Assembly (NCBI GenBank): GCA_963850905.1
Contig: CAWKMU010000003.1
Span: 2,976,001-3,040,000, forward strand
Direction: 5' to 3'
DNA length: 64,000 nucleotides
From: an uncultured Gemmatimonadales bacterium
Lineage (GTDB): Bacteria > Gemmatimonadota > Gemmatimonadetes > Gemmatimonadales > Gemmatimonadaceae
A program made the position numbers and the translations under genes. Below the pieces are notes generated by a model. It saw only the letters and a program-made list of their open reading frames with translations, was not told the origin of the DNA and made no database searches. Within the stretch, counting starts at the first letter, position 1; each line of letters opens with the position of its first letter. Of this stretch, positions 58,418 through 64,000 are shown piece after piece.

Positions 58418-60440
58418 ATGTCATCCGCTCAACGTCCGAGCCCCTCCCTCCGCGGGTCTAACACTGGCAGTTGGCTGTCGCTGGTACTGGTGGCGAGCGC
58501 TGTTGCGGTTACGGCGTGTGCGCACTCGGCGGCGACACCGGCCGGTACCGCGCCGGCGCCGCAGGCCGATATGTCGATGGCGCCGCCGAACCCCGATCCG
58601 CGTTCGGGACTCAAGGGCGGTCTGTGGGATGCCGGCCAGGCCGAGTGGAACATGCACCTCGTTTCCAACACACGCCCTTCCGAGATGGCCAAGGGGAACT
58701 CCGACCTGGCATTCATCGGCAACTACGTGATCCAGGGGGGCTTCAACGGCGTGCAGATCTGGGACATCTCGGACGCGGCGCATCCGACCCTGAAGACGGC
58801 GTACGTGTGTCCGGCCTCCCAGAGCGACGTATCGGTCTACAAGAACCTCATGTTCGTCTCGGCTGAGGCTCCGACCGCACGGATCGACTGTGGGCCGGCC
58901 GGCGTTAAGGACACGGTGAGCGAAGACCGACTTCGCGGCCTTCGGATCGTAGACATCAGCGACATCACACACCCGCGAACGGTCGCGACCGTCCAGACCT
59001 GCCGTGGCTCGCACACGCACACGCTGGTGGTCGATCCCAAGGATCACGATAACGTCTACGTCTACATATCGGGTTCCTCGTTCGTGCGGTCTCCAAACGA
59101 GTTGGCCGGCTGCGTGAGCGCCAACCCGGACCAGGACCCCAATTCGGCGAAGTTTCGCATCGAGGTGATCAAGATTCCGCTTGCGCATCCCGAGCAGGCG
59201 GCAATTGTGAGCTCCGCTCATATCTTCAGTGGCCTGACCGTGGCTCCCATTCACGCGGAAACGCCGGTCGAGCGCGACGCAGCAGCGGCCGCGCGTGCCA
59301 AGGGCGAGTTCACAGCCAAGGTCATATGGGACGAGGAAGTCTTCCCGCCCGCGATGATCAATCCATTGCTCGACAGCCTCGTGAAGGCACGCGGCGGCAC
59401 CGGGGCGCCGACCGCCGCCGACAGCGCGACCCTTCGAGCGTCACTGCAGCAAATCATTGACAAGCGGTATCAGGCCATGATGCCGGGGATCATGCCGAAC
59501 GGAGGCGGGATCACCGCGACCTCGTGCCACGACATCACGGTGTATCCAGCAGATCGGCCTGGCCGGGGGCGCCTGTGAGGGCTATGGCATGCTCCTCGAC
59601 ATCAGCGACGTCCAGCACCCCCAACGACTCGCTGCCGTGTCCGACTCGAACTTCTCCTACTGGCACTCGGCCACGTTCAACAACGGCGGTACGAAGCTTC
59701 TTTTCTCCGACGAGTGGGGCGGTGGTGGTGCGGCCAAGTGTCGCGCGACCGATCCGAAGAACTGGGGCGGCGACGCGATCTTCACCATCGAGAATCGCCA
59801 GCTGGTGTTTCAGAGCTACTACAAACTGCCAGCAGCTATCTCGAAGTTTGCAAACTGCGTGGCGCACAACGGGTCGCTGATCCCGATCCCGGGTCGTGAC
59901 GTCATGGCGCAGGCCTGGTACCAGGGTGGCGTTTCGGTCTTCGACTGGACGGATCCCAAGCATCCCACCGAGATTGCGTACTTCGCTCGGGGCCCGATCG
60001 ACACCACGCGGCTCTCCGGCGGCGGGTACTGGTCGACATACTGGTATAATGGCTACATCGTCGGTTCCGAGATTCGCCGCGGGCTGGACATGCTCGAGCT
60101 CAAGCCGAGCGCCTGGGTCTCACAGAACGAGATCGACGCCGCCAAGTCGGTCCACTTCGACGAGTTCAACACACAGGGGCAGCCACAGCTCGTCTGGCCG
60201 ACGACGTTCACACTGGCGCGCGCCTACGTCGACCAACTCGAGCGGTCGAAGGGCCTCGACGCAAGTCACATCGCGGCAACACGCAAGGCGCTGGCGAACG
60301 CCGAACAGGCCAGCGGTGGAGCTCGCCGCAATGCGTTGACGCAGCTCGCGACACAGTTGGATGCCGAGGCGCAGGCGTCGTCTAATACGGCGAAAGTACA
60401 AACGCTGGCCAAGACGGTGCGCGACCTGGCAGCGATGTAA
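58418..60440 (+). CDS. LVIVD-repeat lipoprotein, paralog 4; apparent +1 frameshift near 59548
   Basis: VTAC lipobox; removing one base gives HDITVYPQIGLAGGACEG, as in the other paralogs. Confidence 0.85.
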
Positions 60441-60485
60441 CACTGGGCGGCGGGTTCGAGGGCGGGAGGGCGACGACGGCAATCG

Positions 60486-60637
60486 AAAAAAGGGGTGGCC
60501 TGAAGGCCACCCCTACATGTTGCTGCGGCGGTGCTGGTTCCGAATTGGTCGACATGCTCATCAATCGTTGGAAACGCTCCGAAAGCCAATCATGCACGCC
60601 GACATGTAGGGGCGGCCGTCAGGCCGCCCCTTTTTTT
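60486..60637. terminator. Pair of oppositely oriented GTAG-REP-like hairpins with U-tracts, likely terminators for two convergent units
   Basis: AAAAAAGGGGTGGCC-TGAA-GGCCACCCCTACATGT ... ACATGTAGGGGCGGCC-GTCA-GGCCGCCCCTTTTTTT. Confidence 0.8.
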
Positions 60638-60688
60638 GCGGTTGCCGCCGGCGTGCCCCTGTGACCCTCGACGGCTGACCGTTGATGG

Positions 60689-61519
60689 TCAGGCCTTCGT
60701 CGGATGTCCCTTTCTTGATGGCACAAACAACGCCGAGTCCAGCGCCACGTTCGTCTGGGCGTCCGAGTATTCCTCCTGCTGGCGGAGCTTGCCGTCCCTG
60801 TAGAACTCCACGCGTTCCGATAGCCACCCGCCGCTGGGCATCTCCACGTAGTTCTCGAAGCGGGTATCGTTTGTCTTGGTGGAATCCTTACCCGCTGCAG
60901 GGCCGAGCGCTCGCACGAACAGCAGGCGATCCTTGTCGATCCAGATCTGGCGCGACGTCGTGTCGCCGGCCGCCGCGCCGATCACGTACACCGGTCGGCC
61001 CTCCCACGTATCCTCATGGACAGGCGCCATCGAGTATTTCTCAGCGTGCAGTGACGACACCGTCTGGTCGACCGGTTGTCGATATACATCGAACCCGATG
61101 GTGAGGAGATAGTTGCCGCCAGCGTGGCGGGCGATGCTGTCAGGGTAGACGATATAGGTCGAGTCGTGGGCGAAGATGATCGTGAGGTCGCCCTTCTTGC
61201 GCTCCATGTCGATGCGGAGCTTGCCCGGCACCATCGCCTTCTCCCGCCAGGTCTCGATGGCCATGGTGTCTGCCGGCGTCCGAAGCGTCGTCTTCTGGGT
61301 GAAGGTCAGGGTGTTGTACCAGGTGCTCGCGTACTTGTCGTGCATCGCGCTGAGCACCTCTTCGCCGCTTTGCGGCGTTGCTGCAGCCAATGCGGACGCC
61401 GCAGGCGCAGCCCCCTGGGTGGATTGGCCCGACTGACAACCAGCGACGGCGGCAGCGAGCACGGCGGTGACTGCGGTTGTCTGGAATCGACGCACATCGG
61501 CGGTGCGAAATGAGTGCAT
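60689..61519 (-). CDS. Hypothetical lipoprotein, LolA/outer-membrane lipoprotein-sorting-like fold
   Basis: VAGC lipobox; PGKLRID, EGRPVYVI and QIWIDKDRLL motifs. Confidence 0.75.
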   Translation of the reverse strand: MHSFRTADVRRFQTTAVTAVLAAAVAGCQSGQSTQGAAPAASALAAATPQSGEEVLSAMHDKYASTWYNTLTFTQKTTLRTPADTMAIETWREKAMVPGKLRIDMERKKGDLTIIFAHDSTYIVYPDSIARHAGGNYLLTIGFDVYRQPVDQTVSSLHAEKYSMAPVHEDTWEGRPVYVIGAAAGDTTSRQIWIDKDRLLFVRALGPAAGKDSTKTNDTRFENYVEMPSGGWLSERVEFYRDGKLRQQEEYSDAQTNVALDSALFVPSRKGHPTKA

Positions 61520-61610
61520 GAGGGTTTCCAGCGGTGAGTGGGTAAGTGTAGGCCTTTCGACACGCGGACGAGGCTGTACGTTGCCCGCTCAGGCACCGCA
61601 CCGGTAGGGG

Positions 61611-61726
61611 GCGGGTGGTGCGCGCCCGAGAAAGTAGACCTGCAGAGAATGGAAAGTAGACCGGGCGGCCCTTGTTTACTCTACTTTTTTCTGTGCCTTT
61701 ACTCTCTCGGGCGCGCAGCGCCCGCG
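61611..61726. repeat. Palindromic repeat copy 3 (61705-61726) with a degenerate inverted partner (about 61611-61632)
   Basis: TCTCGGGCGCGCAGCGCCCGCG at 61705; GCGCGCCCGAGA at about 61620. Confidence 0.6.
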
Positions 61727-62676
61727 CCGCGCCGCTCCACCCAATACCACGAAGCCAGGCCCGGCACGCCCAACAACAACTGCCGAACGCGCCGCGCGAG
61801 GGAGAGCGCAAGGGCGACCTGTGGGCTGAGTCCCAATGCGGCACCGAACAGCAGAAAGCTGCCCTCCTGCGTGCCCAGGCCCGCTGGCACGAGGAACAGG
61901 GCGCTCTGCACCGCGTTTGTCATGCTCTCGAGCACGATGGCCCCGCGGACGGTGGCTGGCGCACCGACGATTCGCAGCATCACCCATGGCTCCAGCGACT
62001 GGAGGAAAAAGCCCGCCAGCTGCCAGGCGCCACAGGCGGCCAGCGCCCGACGGTCGGAAAAGAGCCGCTCGAGCGCATCGTGGAACTTTGCAGCGCCGGC
62101 TTCGGTCGACTCCCGAGTGGCACCCCCGAGCTGCTCCACCATGCGGAGTGCGAAGCCGAATACGCGACGTCCCCAGCGGCGCACGACGAAGATGAACGCC
62201 GGGAGGGCTACGACGCTTGCGAGGAGTGCGATAAGGACGAGCCGGACCGCGCCCTCCGTGCCGCCCGCCTTTGATTGGGTCACCAGCAGCGCCAAGCCCA
62301 CTGCAGCGAACACGGTCTGCGCGGCAATGGTGAGCGACAGTTCGACGATCACGCTCGCGCTGGCGCGCTCGACCGGCACCTGACGCCGGACGAGCAAGCG
62401 AACACCCGCGACCTCACCACCGATTCGCGCGACCGGCAACAGCCCCGCCACTGACTCGCGGACGATCGCACCCCACGTGAGGTAGGCGTTACCGGGCCGG
62501 TCCGCTCCCGCCAGCAGGCTACCCCAGGCGATCCCATAGCAAGCAAGCGGCACGACGTGCACGGGCACCAACCAAAGCAGACGCCAACCGGCCACGCCGA
62601 GCAGCTGCAACACCTGAGGCAGTCCGCTGCGGATGAGCAATGTGGCTGCGACGGCGAGGCCGATCGCGCCGACCAC
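61699..62676 (-). CDS. hpnL: HpnL-like membrane protein (lysylphosphatidylglycerol synthase TM/flippase-like family)
   Basis: RESVAGLLPVARIGGE, FLVPAGLGTQEG and ALSLARRVR motifs; adjacent to an hpnI-like gene; start uncertain. Confidence 0.72.
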   Translation of the reverse strand: MVGAIGLAVAATLLIRSGLPQVLQLLGVAGWRLLWLVPVHVVPLACYGIAWGSLLAGADRPGNAYLTWGAIVRESVAGLLPVARIGGEVAGVRLLVRRQVPVERASASVIVELSLTIAAQTVFAAVGLALLVTQSKAGGTEGAVRLVLIALLASVVALPAFIFVVRRWGRRVFGFALRMVEQLGGATRESTEAGAAKFHDALERLFSDRRALAACGAWQLAGFFLQSLEPWVMLRIVGAPATVRGAIVLESMTNAVQSALFLVPAGLGTQEGSFLLFGAALGLSPQVALALSLARRVRQLLLGVPGLASWYWVERRGAGAARPRE

Positions 62677-62876
62677 CCAGGCGATCTCGCGGGCGCGAGT
62701 CGAGGATCTGCGTTGACTCGGGGAGTGTGGCAGTGAAACTGCCCTCGAAATGAACGCGTAACGAGACGGAATCGAGCGAGGGTCGCCAGTGCCTCCGTCT
62801 GCTTGACGCCGGTAAGGTTAGTCGGGCGATCGATCTGCGGCACGGGCGCTGGGTGAAGCGGGGAGGTGGCGAAGCG

Positions 62877-64000
62877 ATGGCGTCGACGTTTCAGGGCGCG
62901 CTGCTCATCATCGTGACGAGCTTGGCCATTGCCTCACTCGGCTACGTTACGGCCTGCGTCGTCGTGACGTTCGCATGGGGCCGTCGCGCGCGGAGCGCCC
63001 CCGCATCCGAGATGCCGGCGGTGTCGATCCTCAAGCCTCTCTGCGGGGCGGAGCCGTATCTCGAGGCCAACCTTCGATCGTTTTGTCGCCAGAGCGGCCC
63101 GGGCATAGAGATTCTTTTCGGCGCCCGGGACCCGGATGATCCGGGTCTCGCGATTGCACGCCGCGTGGTGGCCGACTACCCAGCGATCGACGCGCAAGTT
63201 GTCGACGGCGCCCCCGTGCTCGGCCTGAACGCGAAAGTGAATACGCTGGCGCGACTGGCAACGCTGGCGAAACACGAGCTGCTCCTCATCGCCGATAGCG
63301 ACACATTGATCGGCCCCGGCGATCTGGCGCGCACCGTCGCGCCTCTTCACGACGCCTCTGTTGGCGTCGTGAGTTGCCTTTTCCGCGGTCGTCCCACCAA
63401 CACTTTCTGGTCCCGCCTTGGCGCCCTGGGCATCGATGAGTGGTTCATGCCCTCGGTGTTGGTTTCCCGCGCGCTCCAGTCGCCGGCATACTGCTCAGGC
63501 CCGGTGGTCGCGATCCGACGCGACGTCTTGAACGCGGTCGGCGGGTTCGTGGCGCTTGCACCTATGCTGGCAGACGACTATGAGCTGGGGGCTCGCGTTC
63601 GTCAACTCGGGTATCGCAGCGTGATTGCCGAGTGCGAAGTGACGGTGACGGTGCATGAGCGCACCTGGCTGGATCTCCTTCGGCACGAGTTGCGCTGGCT
63701 GCGGACCATTCGCACGGTTGCTCCGCTCGGGCACGGATGCTCGGCCCTGACATACGCGCTGCCGGTCACGCTCATCGCCGCGCTGGTGGCGCGGATGGCG
63801 CCATGGTCCATCGGACTCGTGGCCCTGGCCGTGCTCCTGCGTACCACGCTTCACGCGATCGTCGCATCCGATAAGACGGCAGACGCACCCGGCTGGGGAC
63901 GGGCGGCAATGTGGATGGTCCCTCTGCGCGACATCCTCTCGTTCGCGATGTGGCTCGCGAGCTATGCCAGTCGCACGATCACGTGGCGGGGACGCACAAT
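62877..64000 (+). CDS. hpnI: HpnI-like GT2 glycosyltransferase (ceramide glucosyltransferase family), 3' end truncated by the window
   Basis: Translated by hand; absent from the ORF track because there is no stop in the window. Motifs PAVSILKPLCG, NAKVN.L, IADSD, LADDYELG, HELRWLRTIR and ITWRG. Confidence 0.85.
   Translation, partial: MASTFQGALLIIVTSLAIASLGYVTACVVVTFAWGRRARSAPASEMPAVSILKPLCGAEPYLEANLRSFCRQSGPGIEILFGARDPDDPGLAIARRVVADYPAIDAQVVDGAPVLGLNAKVNTLARLATLAKHELLLIADSDTLIGPGDLARTVAPLHDASVGVVSCLFRGRPTNTFWSRLGALGIDEWFMPSVLVSRALQSPAYCSGPVVAIRRDVLNAVGGFVALAPMLADDYELGARVRQLGYRSVIAECEVTVTVHERTWLDLLRHELRWLRTIRTVAPLGHGCSALTYALPVTLIAALVARMAPWSIGLVALAVLLRTTLHAIVASDKTADAPGWGRAAMWMVPLRDILSFAMWLASYASRTITWRGRT

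Noticed and set aside
54760..59550. Programmed frameshifting or phase variation in LVIVD paralogs
   Set aside because: The shift sites are at non-homologous positions with no slippery heptamers or long homopolymers, and the same +1 pattern occurs in unrelated genes.
52128..59963. Long antisense ORFs over the LVIVD array (e.g. 52128..53708) and similar shadow ORFs elsewhere
   Set aside because: Expected artefact of GC-rich codon bias opposite real genes; no recognisable motifs.
52134..60440. Assembly artefact or diversity-generating retroelement as the cause of the four copies
   Set aside because: The copies differ at many synonymous sites and by indels, so they are old paralogs. There is no reverse transcriptase and no adenine-specific TR/VR pair.

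Overview
A GC-rich bacterial chromosomal segment with about 45 CDS. The many lipoproteins and Tat substrates, the TonB-dependent receptor and the hopanoid genes indicate a Gram-negative organism; a Gemmatimonadota/Acidobacteriota-like origin is my inference from gene style only. I found no rRNA, tRNA, CRISPR, transposase or phage genes. Left part: a TonB-dependent receptor divergent from a LytS/LytTR pair, with three phased LytTR-type boxes between them; amine/amide scavenging genes (acetamidases, agmatinase, amidohydrolase, PLP decarboxylase, three APC permeases); a beta-carbonic anhydrase; two GH63-like glucosidases and a GT4 glycosyltransferase. The most interesting region is 45.4-60.4 kb, where every predicted protein carries an export signal or N-terminal hydrophobic segment: a His-bearing LVIVD-type beta-propeller, a small unknown protein and a Met-rich multicopper oxidase; then a DegP-type protease; then a DUF305 (CopM-like) lipoprotein followed by four tandem paralogous LVIVD lipoproteins. 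The four paralogs share invariant His/Cys motifs and differ mainly in one hypervariable insert, which makes the locus a candidate copper-dependent periplasmic enzyme system. The window ends in hpnL/hpnI-like hopanoid genes. Intergenic DNA holds GTAG-type REPs, a GNA-triloop hairpin repeat and heptamer tandem repeats. Six genes each carry a single extra base, most likely consensus-sequence errors.
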